Below, piece by piece: positions 22,890-32,914 of a stretch of 64,000 nt of DNA (the stretch's first letter is position 1; every line of letters begins with the position of its first letter). The position numbers and the translations under genes are program-made. The notes below the pieces were generated by a model, which was not told the origin of the DNA, searched no databases, and saw only the letters and a program-made list of their open reading frames with translations. The stretch comes from an uncultured Parachlamydiaceae bacterium (GTDB lineage: Bacteria; Chlamydiota; Chlamydiia; Chlamydiales; Parachlamydiaceae). Location of the stretch: NCBI GenBank assembly GCA_963752155.1, contig CAVVXH010000008.1:32001-96000 (forward strand), in the 5' to 3' direction.

Positions 22890-23534
22890 TTAAACTTTCC
22901 AACCTTTTTCTTGAATTGGATCGTATACGAAAGCTACTTTAGCTCCTTCTTTAAGAGATTTAGGAACATGTTCTGTAACAAATTGAACACGCGTTTGTTC
23001 GTCAGCATTATCGATATTGGATAGTTTTTCAGAATCCAGTTTGGCCAAAGAATCTAAAATATAGCCTCGCTCTACCGTTAGAGTATCGTATTTAAATAAG
23101 CGATTAGCAACGTTTGTAAGTTGTTCACGGTAAGCTGAATCTACAACTGAAGAGAGAATTTCTGTTGCCCACATCACATCATGACCTCGCGTTCCGATAG
23201 GCATGATAAAGCAAACTTGTTTTAGTAGAACATCCCATTGACTTTGATCAACGTTTAATAGACAATTAATAATTGTACTACGTTCAGCGTTAGAACATTT
23301 ATCTGTAAATACATTGCGCAGAGAAAGATAAAGAGCCTGCAATATTTCAACAGGACGTTCAAATAATTTTTCTTCAAAACCTATAAACTCACTCTTTCCG
23401 CATTGCACAGGTTGCAAATGACTTATGTATTTTCTCTTTAATGCAAATGAATTGTTATAAGATTTTCTTGCTTCACTCGTATTATACAATAAAGATAAAC
23501 TTGTTGTATCTGTATGAGGTTCATAAGGGTTCAT
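22890..23534 (-). CDS. Hypothetical protein
   Basis: 214-aa ORF with AGGAG RBS; no recognisable motif. Confidence 0.6.
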   Translation of the reverse strand: MNPYEPHTDTTSLSLLYNTSEARKSYNNSFALKRKYISHLQPVQCGKSEFIGFEEKLFERPVEILQALYLSLRNVFTDKCSNAERSTIINCLLNVDQSQWDVLLKQVCFIMPIGTRGHDVMWATEILSSVVDSAYREQLTNVANRLFKYDTLTVERGYILDSLAKLDSEKLSNIDNADEQTRVQFVTEHVPKSLKEGAKVAFVYDPIQEKGWKV

Positions 23535-23723
23535 ATTTTTAAGTTTCTCCTGTTTAAGATTTTTTTTGTGGTCTTTAAGATTGCTCTGACTTAACTATTT
23601 CGTAAATATAGCCTAAAATGGATTAAAAGCCAAGACGTTATGGCAATATGCCAAGTGTGAATGAGTAGTCTCAGACCACATGACCCCTATATGTGCCGTA
23701 AGGATCGAAGTCGGGCACAGGGA

Positions 23724-23791
23724 GCGAGTTATAAGGGCGGTCGCCTTTCATATTACTCATTACCATTCAACTGCTATGAGTAAGATGATAA
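23724..23791. mobile_element. Degenerate att site/arm remnant (outer boundary of the island stack)
   Basis: GCGAGTTATAAGGGCGGTCGCCTTTCATATTACTCATT...CTATGAGTAAGATGATAA aligns with 39625-39686. Confidence 0.75.
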
Positions 23792-24089
23792 GGGGTTAGA
23801 GTCTGCTTATGATTTCTCCTCAACTCTTTTCTCCATGAATATCTTTATCCTTAAAAGGCTTATTTCTCATCTGTTTTCAATGCAACGTCCACCACGCCAT
23901 TTACTTCAAACATGTCCATGAAGTGTTTATACATTTCTAGCCTGTCTTCTCCTCCGCTGGATGTCAAAAGCAACGCTTGGCCGTACTCTTCAATATCCTG
24001 TACGATTCATTCATGCCGGTAATAAGCTAGGATTACCCTATTGATGTCAGGCTTTCCGTAACCTTTATAAAACAATTCCTCTTCGCGGA

Positions 24090-24363
24090 TTATCCCAAAC
24101 AGGTCCTTCAATCGCTTTAATGACTACGTTTTCAAATTGGTTTATTTGTATTTCTTCTTTCAATTCATTAGGGTGATGCAAGTAAGCAAAAGAGAAGCCT
24201 TCTGAGATTTTCTCATGCACTCCTGTTTTGAATTCTTGATCAATGAAATTTGAAGTGTTCGATCTTTTTCCAATCTGTTAGAACTAAGCCGTTCTTGCTC
24301 ATTCCCTTCCGAATAATATTTTTCAAGAGCGTGATCTAATTTGTGTTGTTTTGATTTTGCCAT
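24090..24363 (-). pseudogene. Class I SAM methyltransferase remnant (internal deletion)
   Basis: YYSEGNEQERL...LEKDRT start, followed in another frame by GFSFAYLHHPNELKEEI...AIEGPVW. Confidence 0.55.
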
Positions 24364-24414
24364 TTTTGAACCTCTAATCGATATTTAAACGTTGCCACGC
24401 AGTGAAAGAGCCTA

Positions 24415-26460
24415 TTATTTGTTCAGCATTACTTGTTTTTCTTTTGCTTCATTTGCGTGCATTGTTACTCCTTCAGGGTCCATGTCATGAGAGCGTATAA
24501 CTGCACTGGAGGACTGTATTTCACCCAAAGAAATAGGTTCATAAGCACCTCCTAAAAACTGGGCTAAGAGCCACTCGCTATAAGCTAAATAACACATAAT
24601 ATTATTGAATTTCGTAATGCCATGTCCTTCATCAGGGAAAGAGAGATAGGTGACGGGTAGTTGCTTTTGTTGCATTTTCTCAAAAATCTGGTCGGATTCA
24701 GAAGCTGCAACTATAGGGTCATTAACCCCATGAACAAGTAACAAAGGTTTTTGAATTTTATCTACATGATTTAGAGGAGAACAGCTCTCTAAATAGGGAA
24801 TTTCATTCTCCTTATCTGGGTTGCCTCCCATACTTTTGATAAAAGCATTCTTTGTGAAGTACATCATTTTATCGGAAAGTGGAGATACAGGGAACTCCCA
24901 GTAAAACGGCACTCTATTTAAAACAGTTTTCAAATTTGAAGGACCACATATTGCAACGGCACAGGCAAATACATCTGGAGAAAAAGTAAGACTCGCTAAA
25001 GCCTCATAACCACCATAACTACCTCCAAAGACCGCAACTTTATCTTTATCGGCGATCTTTGAATCGATGCACCATTTTACCGCATCTAGAACATCTTGAT
25101 GTGCTTTTTTCCCCCACTGCCCATTACCAGCATTGACAAAGTCTTTTCCAAATCCGGAAGACAAGCGGAAATTTACGCTTAAAACAGCATACCCACGATT
25201 AGAGAGCCACTGATGATCTGGAGAATATTCATAAATATCGCGAACTTTAAAAGGACCTCCATGAGGAACTACGACTAAAGGAAGAGGTTTTGTAGGTCTG
25301 CCTCCTTGATCCATGTCCTTTGGCAGCGTTAAGTAACTTACTAGATTGAGACCATCATTAGAAGGAATGACTATGGGATACATCTTAGCTAAATTAGCAA
25401 GCTTTGGGAAAGAGTAAAGCTGATAAAGATTTTTTATTGGCCGATTGTACAGCCAATATTCAACACCTTGGTCCGGAATACTATTCTTTAAAATCCAGAA
25501 TTGATAATCACCTGAGTGGTCAAGAATATCGAAATTTACCCCTATCTTACTAGAAAGATAATTAATATCAGCTTTGATTCTTTCGTTAAGAGGATGAAGT
25601 TCTTGGTGTGTAAAGTAAGTAGAGTAGGCTACCGGCTTATTATTTTCAAAATAGACATCTATAATATCGCTTCGTTGGTCTTTTCCTAATAAAATCTCTG
25701 TACGAGTTACATCAAGAAAAATCTTTTTTAGTTGTGTTGTATCGCTCCCCCTATTATCTAAAAGATAAAGAGCATTTTCTTGATCATCAAATCGTAAACA
25801 TTCAGTATGAAAAGCATCTTCCGCAGAAACATTGAAAAGAACACCGTTCTTTTTATCTAACAATGTAAGAGAGCTATCTTCATTCATGCGCACTTTTACA
25901 ACTAAATTTAATTTGTTATCGAAAACAAAATTAATAAATTCATCGTTTTGATAGAACATTTTAAGAGAATCGTTTGCAAAATCTAGTAGGTAGAGATCGT
26001 GAAATTGGGGATTACGATTGTTAATACCAATAACTGCTTTAGAATCTGTTGTGCTGACATAAAATACCTTGGCATTAATATCTTTATATTCAACTGTAAG
26101 ATCCTTAATCTTATGAGAACCTAAGTCAACTGAATATAATCTAAACTGTCCAGTGCCATTAGTATCTTTAAGGAGGAGGATATTTTTATTGTTAGGAAGC
26201 CAATAAAACCCCTTAATTTCAGGTTCTTTAAAATCTGTAATTTGTTGTGCCCCTTCAAGAGAAAGTCCAGGAGTAATATAGAGATTCATCGTCCCTTCTC
26301 TGTCAGCTCCCACATAGGCCAAGCGATGAGAATCAGGACTGATCTTTATTGCCATACATGGAGGTTTTTTGAATAATTCTTCGCGAGGAATTAACTCGCC
26401 AGAGATCAGAGAACAAGGAATTAACAAATTAGCAAGGCCAAATAAAATTTTGTTTTTCAT
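24415..26460 (-). CDS. S9 family peptidase (acylaminoacyl/dipeptidyl peptidase)
   Basis: Signal peptide, HGGP, GGSYGGY, HGVNDP, FPDEGHG catalytic triad motifs. Confidence 0.92.
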   Translation of the reverse strand: MKNKILFGLANLLIPCSLISGELIPREELFKKPPCMAIKISPDSHRLAYVGADREGTMNLYITPGLSLEGAQQITDFKEPEIKGFYWLPNNKNILLLKDTNGTGQFRLYSVDLGSHKIKDLTVEYKDINAKVFYVSTTDSKAVIGINNRNPQFHDLYLLDFANDSLKMFYQNDEFINFVFDNKLNLVVKVRMNEDSSLTLLDKKNGVLFNVSAEDAFHTECLRFDDQENALYLLDNRGSDTTQLKKIFLDVTRTEILLGKDQRSDIIDVYFENNKPVAYSTYFTHQELHPLNERIKADINYLSSKIGVNFDILDHSGDYQFWILKNSIPDQGVEYWLYNRPIKNLYQLYSFPKLANLAKMYPIVIPSNDGLNLVSYLTLPKDMDQGGRPTKPLPLVVVPHGGPFKVRDIYEYSPDHQWLSNRGYAVLSVNFRLSSGFGKDFVNAGNGQWGKKAHQDVLDAVKWCIDSKIADKDKVAVFGGSYGGYEALASLTFSPDVFACAVAICGPSNLKTVLNRVPFYWEFPVSPLSDKMMYFTKNAFIKSMGGNPDKENEIPYLESCSPLNHVDKIQKPLLLVHGVNDPIVAASESDQIFEKMQQKQLPVTYLSFPDEGHGITKFNNIMCYLAYSEWLLAQFLGGAYEPISLGEIQSSSAVIRSHDMDPEGVTMHANEAKEKQVMLNK

Positions 26461-26759
26461 AACATCTCCGGCTTAGAGTCTCTTAAAATAAGCATTTTTG
26501 CACACGGTTCATAGGAAATTCAAGCAAATTCACTATCGAATTTAAGAAATGCTTCAGTGGTACTTCGAGCTCGATCAACGCCCTCTGCATCAGCATGTAT
26601 AGTCGAAGCCACTTGAACAAAGAGATTGGCCAATGGCATATCCACACCATCACAAATTAAACGCTTAATACTTGCTGCATAATCATTCTTCCAAGCCGGG
26701 TCAACTGGGAGTGGTGCTTGGGTCGGCCGCCCGGGAGTTGCGCTGAAAAACAAAGTTCT

Positions 26760-28246
26760 TCAATAAGAGTTTTCTGATTTATAAGCCGTAAGCCACAATT
26801 CGGCCTTTCGAATTTTGGGGATGATGGCACTTTCGTTTTTACTGAAAATTTTCATCAAAGCTAAAGTGCGGTAATTTGACGAAAATAAAGGTTGATGTTT
26901 TTGAAGAAAACGCCAAAAAAGACCATCCCATATCTCTGTCCACTCACCTTTAGGGTAGTTACTCATTTTTGTAATATAATTAGAAGAGGCAATATAAGGT
27001 TTAGTGACAATAGTGCCTCCATCGGCATATTGACTCATCCCAAATACATTGGGTACCATTACCCAGTCATAAGCATCTACAAAATTTGCCATAAACCATT
27101 TATAAATTTCTTGCGGTGAAATTTCTGTCAGCAATAAAAAATTCCCTAAAACCATCAGACGCTCAATATGATTGCAGTATCCGGTTTTTAAAACCCTTTT
27201 AATGATGGTGTCGATAGGTAAAATGCCAATAGCGCCTTTCCAGAACTTCTCAGGAATGCTCTCATGATGATTAAAAAAATTAAATGAACGTTGAAATGAA
27301 CCTTTAAAAATATAGGAAGCTCGTACAAATTCTCTCCAGCCCATAATTTGTCGCAAAAAGCCCTCCAGCGAATTTATAGGAATCGAATGTTTTTCAGCAT
27401 GATGGATGGCAGCTTGAATCACTTCAAGGGGAGTCAGAAGGCCAATATTTAATAAAGGGGAGAGCACGCTATGAAAAAGAAAAGAGTCTTCTTTTTGAAT
27501 AGCATCTTGATAGGCACCGAATAGTGGTAGTTTATTTTTTAAAAAAGTCTGAAGTGCCTCGTGAGCCTCTTTATGAGTTGTTGGATATAAAAAGGGAGAA
27601 ACCTCCCCAATAGCATCAGGAAATTCCCTTTCCACTTCTGCAATCACCTTTTCAATATATCGGTTTTGGCAAGGGAGAAACATAGAGGGAATAGGAAGAT
27701 CTTTAGGAATTTTTTTTCTATTTTCGATATCGAAGCTATATTTACCTCCGACTGGATTTTTGCCTTGCATCAGGATATCCAAGGTTTTTCTGTTGGTAAG
27801 CATAAAACTGGGCCATTGAATAATGCTCTTTATTACAAAAAAGGCCCTTAAGTCAAAGCTGGAATGAGATAAAGCCTGGTGCGGGATAGAAATAAATTTT
27901 CCACCCATATTTTTCCGCCCCTATCGTTAAGATCACGTAGAAGCCATTCATCTGCAAATTCAGCGACGTAAATAGTTTTGATATGCTTTTTACCCAGGAT
28001 ATCAAAAAAATCATCCCCGCTTTGCGAGATCTTTGGAAGGGATATAAAATTAATTTTGGTGCTGCTTGGGAAGCATTTCGGCATAACTGTGCATCGCAGA
28101 TCTTAAGGAGAACCAGTCTTTGTTTGTGAAATAGTTGGACTTTAAAAAAAAGAAACTCTTCCACAAGGTAAATGTGGCGTCCAGAGGCTAAGCAAGGATG
28201 GTGGTAGGAATAATTGGTCTGGAAATATGAGCGTAATATCCGTCAT
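26760..28246 (-). pseudogene. Cryptochrome/photolyase-related protein (DPRP/bacterial (6-4) photolyase-like), several frameshifts
   Basis: MTDITLIFPDQLF start at 28246, FHKQRLVL, GGKYSFD.ENRK, FHSVLSPLLNIGLL, GYCNHIERLMVLGN, VDAYDWVMVPNV. Confidence 0.8.
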
Positions 28247-28479
28247 GTTCTTACTATGATCCCACTAATCTAAGTCTTGAAGCATCGTTGGCTATCAACA
28301 ACTCCCCGGCCGGGTTATAGCATAATTTACCAGGATGTGGCAAGTCGCTTCGCAAAAAACGAATCTGCTAAAGCACATGCCCCATCAAGGACAACCGAGG
28401 TGATTGATTTTGATAATGTTTTGTCAATCTCTCAAAGACGTTCATAGGGAAATTCTCTTGTTTAAAAGCTGTGTTTCAA

Positions 28480-29186
28480 GCGGTGGGAAAAGAGCGTCGA
28501 GCCATTGAATGGCAAGAGCTTCTTCTTCTTAAAGAACAGTTTCAACTAAGCATGGGAGCTATTTGCTATCGTCTTAAAGATTTGGGAATCTTTTAAAGCG
28601 CCTTGCCATTGGTGCCTGACCTGATATTCTGACATTTGCCTACAATGATAACGTAACCTCCCAGGAGGGCAAATGTCAGAATGTCAGGTCTGGAACCAAG
28701 GCTAAACGTTACCTCTCAGAATTTAGTATCTTGTTATTAATTGAAAACGACGCTTTTTTCAGTTGCGTAAATCTTGGGGGTAAGGGACTGTGCAATAATA
28801 ACTTGTATGATTGGGCAACGCGAAAGCTCCCGTGGTTAAGCGATCGAAAGTGACCCCATATTATAATATGGGGTCACTTTCGATCGCTTAACCACGGGGC
28901 TTTGGCGCAGCCCAATCGTGCAAGTTATTGTTGCACAGTCCCTAACGTTTCAGCCTTGGTTCCAGACCTGACATTCTGACATTTGCCCTTTAGGAAGCAA
29001 TGTTATCGCATCGGCAAATGTCAGAATATCAGGTCTGGAACCAATGGCAAGGCGCGAACTTGTTATTTAGGAGAGCCGGGAATAGAAATTCCTTCAGAAA
29101 AAGATCATGCCTTTAACCAAATGCTGTTTCATGCTCTTGGTGAAGAATATATTGGGGAACCAAAAGCCGCAGAACTGTTAACTTGA
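28480..29186 (+). pseudogene. ImmA/IrrE-type (XRE-associated Zn peptidase) C-terminal remnant, interrupted by the palindromic element
   Basis: ELLLLKEQFQLSMGAICYRLKDLGI lies left of the element and EPGIEIPSEKDHAFNQMLFHALGEEYIGEPKAAELL lies right of it. Confidence 0.6.
28591..29074 (+). mobile_element. 484-bp nested palindromic non-autonomous element, copy 1
   Basis: Hairpin module A (about 28600-28703) and inverted A' (about 28952-29055); IR AGGGACTGTGCAA...TTGCACAGTCCCT; perfect 70-bp palindrome 28829-28898; near-identical inverted copy at 35140-35518. Confidence 0.85.
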
Positions 29187-29417
29187 CCTCAGTTATTTTT
29201 CGACTCCCTTATGAGATCGCAGTTTCTGATATCCTATTTGAATTTGCTCTCGAAAAACCTTTAAACGTTGGAGATTCAGATTGTTAGTCCTTAGCTAATT
29301 TTTCAATAACATTATTTCCATCTCGTCTTAAATTGCTGTAACAGTGTATAGTAAGTCTGCTACCTTCGTTTTTTTGCATATTTTCTTAATCATTAACCAA
29401 AACGAATCTTTGTAATC

Positions 29418-30401
29418 ATGAGTATTATTTCTGTCGATTCTCTGTCGAAAGAATTTCTTGTTCCAAAACGCAAGCATGGATTTTTTGGAAATTTAGCGTC
29501 ACTTTTTAAACGAGAATATGTAAAAAAGACCGCCCTTGACCGAATTAGTTTTGATATCAATGAGGGAGAATTGGTTGGGTTCATAGGCCCAAACGGTGCA
29601 GGTAAAAGCACAATGGTAAAAATCTTATCTGGCATCTTGGTCCCAAACAGCGGTAGTGTCAAAGTCTTGGATAGAATCCCATGGGAGCATCGAATTGAAA
29701 CAGTGGGCCAACTAGGGGTCGTTTTTGGACAACGTACACAACTGTGGTGGGATCTCCCTGTTATTGAGTCATTCGAGTTGCTAAAAGACATTTACAACAT
29801 TTCTGATAAGGAATACAAAACGACTCTTCATTCCCTCTCAGAAGTTCTTGAATTGTCAAAATTGATGCATGTGCCAGTCCGTCAATTGAGTTTAGGGCAA
29901 CGGATGCGCTGCGATATTGCCGCTTCACTACTGCACTCGCCCAAAATCCTATTTTTAGACGAACCGACAATAGGTTTAGATGCTGTCAGCAAGTTAGCAG
30001 TTCGCGACTTCGTTCGTCATCTTAACAAAGAACGTAACGTAACAGTTTTGCTCACAACGCACGATATGGATGATATCGAGTCTCTATGCAGTCGTGTGAT
30101 TATACTAAACGAGGGTCAAATTTACTTGGATGGTACATTGTCGACTTTGCGCAAAAAGTTGTCTCCTGAACGTCGACTGATTGTAGATTTGATTGACGAA
30201 AATGACACAGTATCTGACCCATATGCCATGCTTATTAAGCAAGAAGGACATCGCGTCTGGTTAAGTTTTGACCCAACAAAGATTACAACTACTGAATTGA
30301 TTACACGCATTACCTCGAAACATTCTATAAGTGATTTGTATGTCGAAAATCCGTCTATACAGGAAATTATCGCAAAATTTTACAGAAATACGAATCTATG
30401 A
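29418..30401 (+). CDS. ABC transporter ATP-binding protein
   Basis: GPNGAGKST, LSLGQRMR, FLDEPTIGLD, TTHD. Confidence 0.95.
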   Translation: MSIISVDSLSKEFLVPKRKHGFFGNLASLFKREYVKKTALDRISFDINEGELVGFIGPNGAGKSTMVKILSGILVPNSGSVKVLDRIPWEHRIETVGQLGVVFGQRTQLWWDLPVIESFELLKDIYNISDKEYKTTLHSLSEVLELSKLMHVPVRQLSLGQRMRCDIAASLLHSPKILFLDEPTIGLDAVSKLAVRDFVRHLNKERNVTVLLTTHDMDDIESLCSRVIILNEGQIYLDGTLSTLRKKLSPERRLIVDLIDENDTVSDPYAMLIKQEGHRVWLSFDPTKITTTELITRITSKHSISDLYVENPSIQEIIAKFYRNTNL

Positions 30402-31186
30402 AGGCATATCTTGCGATACTTTATGCCCGTATGGCAACGCTCTTTCAATACCGTGGTGCTGCTTTCGCTGGGGTGGCTACGCAAATATTTTGGGCCATTA
30501 TTAAAACTATGATTCTTACAGCGTTCTATGCTCAGAATTCTGTTTTACAGCCTATCACCCTAACTCAAGCTATCACATTCATATGGCTAGGACAGGCCTT
30601 ACTGGCATTATTACCATGGAACATCGACAAAGAGCTTGAAGCGCAGGTCAAAAACGGCAATGTATCTTATGAACTTGTACGGCCTATAAATCTTTATTCC
30701 CTTTGGTATGCCAGAGCTTTTGCTATAAGAACAGTCCCAACTATTATGCGTTGTATACCAGTATTCATGGTTGCAATACTGTTTTTCGGGCTATCTGCAG
30801 TTTCTTGGGCTGCTTCACTGACTTTTGGAATTTCACTAATTTTGGGTGCTTTCCTGTCGGCTGCTATCACTACATTAATTATCATTAGCCTTTTTTGGAC
30901 TATTTCAGGCGAAGGTATTCAGCGTCTGATGCCTCACGTAGCTCTCCTTTTATCTGGCTTAATCGTACCTTTACCACTATTTCCTGAATGGCTTCAACCT
31001 TTTCTAAACCTTCAGCCCTTCAGAGGGGTCATAGACATTCCTAGCAGGCTATACACTGGAGTAATTCCAATTCAAGAATCTTCTTATTATTTAGGATTCC
31101 AACTGCTTTGGATTTTGATTTTGGTTGGAGTTGGTAGGTGGCTAATGAGTCGCGCTTTAAGACAAATTGTAATTCAGGGCGGATGA
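30398..31186 (+). CDS. ABC-2 family permease
   Basis: Six TM segments, GNVSYELVRP, C-terminal IQGG; ATGA overlap. Confidence 0.9.
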   Translation: MKAYLAILYARMATLFQYRGAAFAGVATQIFWAIIKTMILTAFYAQNSVLQPITLTQAITFIWLGQALLALLPWNIDKELEAQVKNGNVSYELVRPINLYSLWYARAFAIRTVPTIMRCIPVFMVAILFFGLSAVSWAASLTFGISLILGAFLSAAITTLIIISLFWTISGEGIQRLMPHVALLLSGLIVPLPLFPEWLQPFLNLQPFRGVIDIPSRLYTGVIPIQESSYYLGFQLLWILILVGVGRWLMSRALRQIVIQGG

Positions 31187-31189
31187 TTC

Positions 31190-31981
31190 ATGGACAAGCT
31201 TCGACTTTTTTTCAAACTAATCGCAATTTCATTCAAGTCTCAAATGCAGCACCGCGCTTCTTTTTTGATGCTGATTTCTACATATTTTTTGTCGACATTT
31301 ATTGATATTATTGGGATATGGGTACTTTTTGACAGATTTGAAATGGTTCAAGGATGGTCATTAAAAGAAGTAGCAGTCATTTACGGAATTATGCATATAG
31401 GATTTTCAATTCCTGAAGCTTTTGCAAGAGGTTTTGATAATTTTGGATTGTTAATCAGAAATGGCGATTTCGACAGAGTATTGCTCAGACCTCTTGGTAC
31501 TTTATTCCAAATGGCTTCTCGAGAAATTCAATGGATGCGTCTTGGGCGTTTATTGCAAGGGTGCATCATTTTGGCGTGGGGCTGCTTAGAACTTCAATTT
31601 TCTTTGAGCTCTCTACATATCCTGATTATATTTTTAGCTATCTTAGGTACCGCAGCAGTCTTTTATGGACTTTTTATTCTGCAAGCTACGTTGACATTCT
31701 GGACTACTGAAACTCTAGAATTAATGAATATCACTACTTTTGGAGGTCTTGAGGTTGGACAATACCCTATCAGCATCTACAATCCTATCTTGCGAGGATT
31801 TTTTACTTTTATTATCCCTTTGGCATGTGTGGCCTATTACCCAATTGCCACTGCATTGAATCATGAAACAATTCCTATGTGGCTTGGGACTATTGCTCCG
31901 TTGGGTGGCCTTGTATTCCTTTATTTTTCCATCAAGCTATGGAAACTGGGCGTTCGACATTACAGTTCAACAGGAAGCTAG
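31190..31981 (+). CDS. ABC-2 family permease (second subunit)
   Basis: GDFDRVLLRP, QYPISIY, C-terminal YSSTGS. Confidence 0.9.
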   Translation: MDKLRLFFKLIAISFKSQMQHRASFLMLISTYFLSTFIDIIGIWVLFDRFEMVQGWSLKEVAVIYGIMHIGFSIPEAFARGFDNFGLLIRNGDFDRVLLRPLGTLFQMASREIQWMRLGRLLQGCIILAWGCLELQFSLSSLHILIIFLAILGTAAVFYGLFILQATLTFWTTETLELMNITTFGGLEVGQYPISIYNPILRGFFTFIIPLACVAYYPIATALNHETIPMWLGTIAPLGGLVFLYFSIKLWKLGVRHYSSTGS

Positions 31982-32146
31982 CTTCTGAAAACCAAGTATC
32001 TTCATCTATTAGAGGCAAAATCTCTTCAACATGTTTTGTTTCTAAGATTTTTGCTTCGACCTCCAATGAACCTAGACAACAAAGTGCCTTTATAACTAAT
32101 CGAATTTTTAACAAAAACACCCAATCAAGTCAATTGGGTTTTAATA

Positions 32147-32707
32147 TTAAGTTAAGGGATCAATAGATGGATAGTGAATGATGTCGTATACGGTTGAACT
32201 TTGTTCAGAAAAGTTGCGATAACCATGAGGTTGGCATGCGTCAAAACGAAGGCCTTGACCTTTAGTTAATAATTTCCAAACTGAATTAGAAAAGACTTCC
32301 ATAGATCCTTCAGCTACTAGTACGTGTTCGATAACATTTGGTTGATGTGGAGGAGATATGTGCTCACAACCTGGCAAGAGTTCGATTAAAAACATCTCGC
32401 ACTTGAGTTTCTCATCAAAAGGAAAGATCGGAAATACTTTAATTTTGTCATCACTTGGGTGAAGGGTTTTGGTCTGGCCAATACTATGTTCTGGTTGGTC
32501 ATCGGCTATAAAAAGGGAAAAGGGGACGTTAAAACCACTGGCAATTTTCCATAGAGTAGAAATGGTTGGGCTAGATTCTGCACGCTCAATCTGACCAAGC
32601 ATTGCTTTGCTTACGCCTGTCTCTTGAGCAGCTTTATCAAGGCTCCAACCTCGCTCTTTTCGCAATGTCTTTAAAGTTGATGCAATACGATTTAATATTT
32701 CCATCAT
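32147..32707 (-). CDS. XRE-HTH plus cupin regulator (SutR/YdcN-like)
   Basis: WSLDKAAQETGVSKAMLGQIERAESSPT; cupin motifs HISPPH, EHV, PHGYRN. Confidence 0.9.
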   Translation of the reverse strand: MMEILNRIASTLKTLRKERGWSLDKAAQETGVSKAMLGQIERAESSPTISTLWKIASGFNVPFSLFIADDQPEHSIGQTKTLHPSDDKIKVFPIFPFDEKLKCEMFLIELLPGCEHISPPHQPNVIEHVLVAEGSMEVFSNSVWKLLTKGQGLRFDACQPHGYRNFSEQSSTVYDIIHYPSIDPLT

Positions 32708-32730
32708 AAAAGCTTACATTAAAATTTACT

Positions 32731-32748
32731 TGTGCGTTATAACGCACA
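32731..32748. promoter_or_regulatory. Perfect 18-bp palindromic operator candidate
   Basis: TGTGCGTTATAACGCACA between the divergent regulator and operon; a half-site ATAACGCACA follows near 32776. Confidence 0.65.
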
Positions 32749-32803
32749 TCTGCTAAAATAGGCTAATTGTACAAGATAACGCACAAAATTTATAGGAGAA
32801 AAT

Positions 32804-32914
32804 ATGACAACACTTAGCAAGAGCGCAGAGATCGTACAAAGAGCCCTTGGTGAAAAAAAAGAGCTTCAAAAAGTAACAGGTGGAAAAGTCATTTCTGTAA
32901 AGGAATCAACATGA
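32804..32914 (+). pseudogene. YbaK/EbsC-like remnant (36 aa, centre deleted)
   Basis: AGGAG RBS; MTTLSKSAEIVQRALGEK-KELQKVTGGKVISVKEST resembles the first and last residues of YbaK/EbsC proteins; ATGA overlap with alaX. Confidence 0.55.

Noticed and set aside
26520..26753. 77-aa ORF
   Set aside because: No clear start, RBS or family motif; possibly a gene tail, not supportable
28591..29074. CRISPR array or integron attC array
   Set aside because: No regularly spaced direct repeats with unique spacers, no cas or intI gene, and the repeats do not follow each cargo gene
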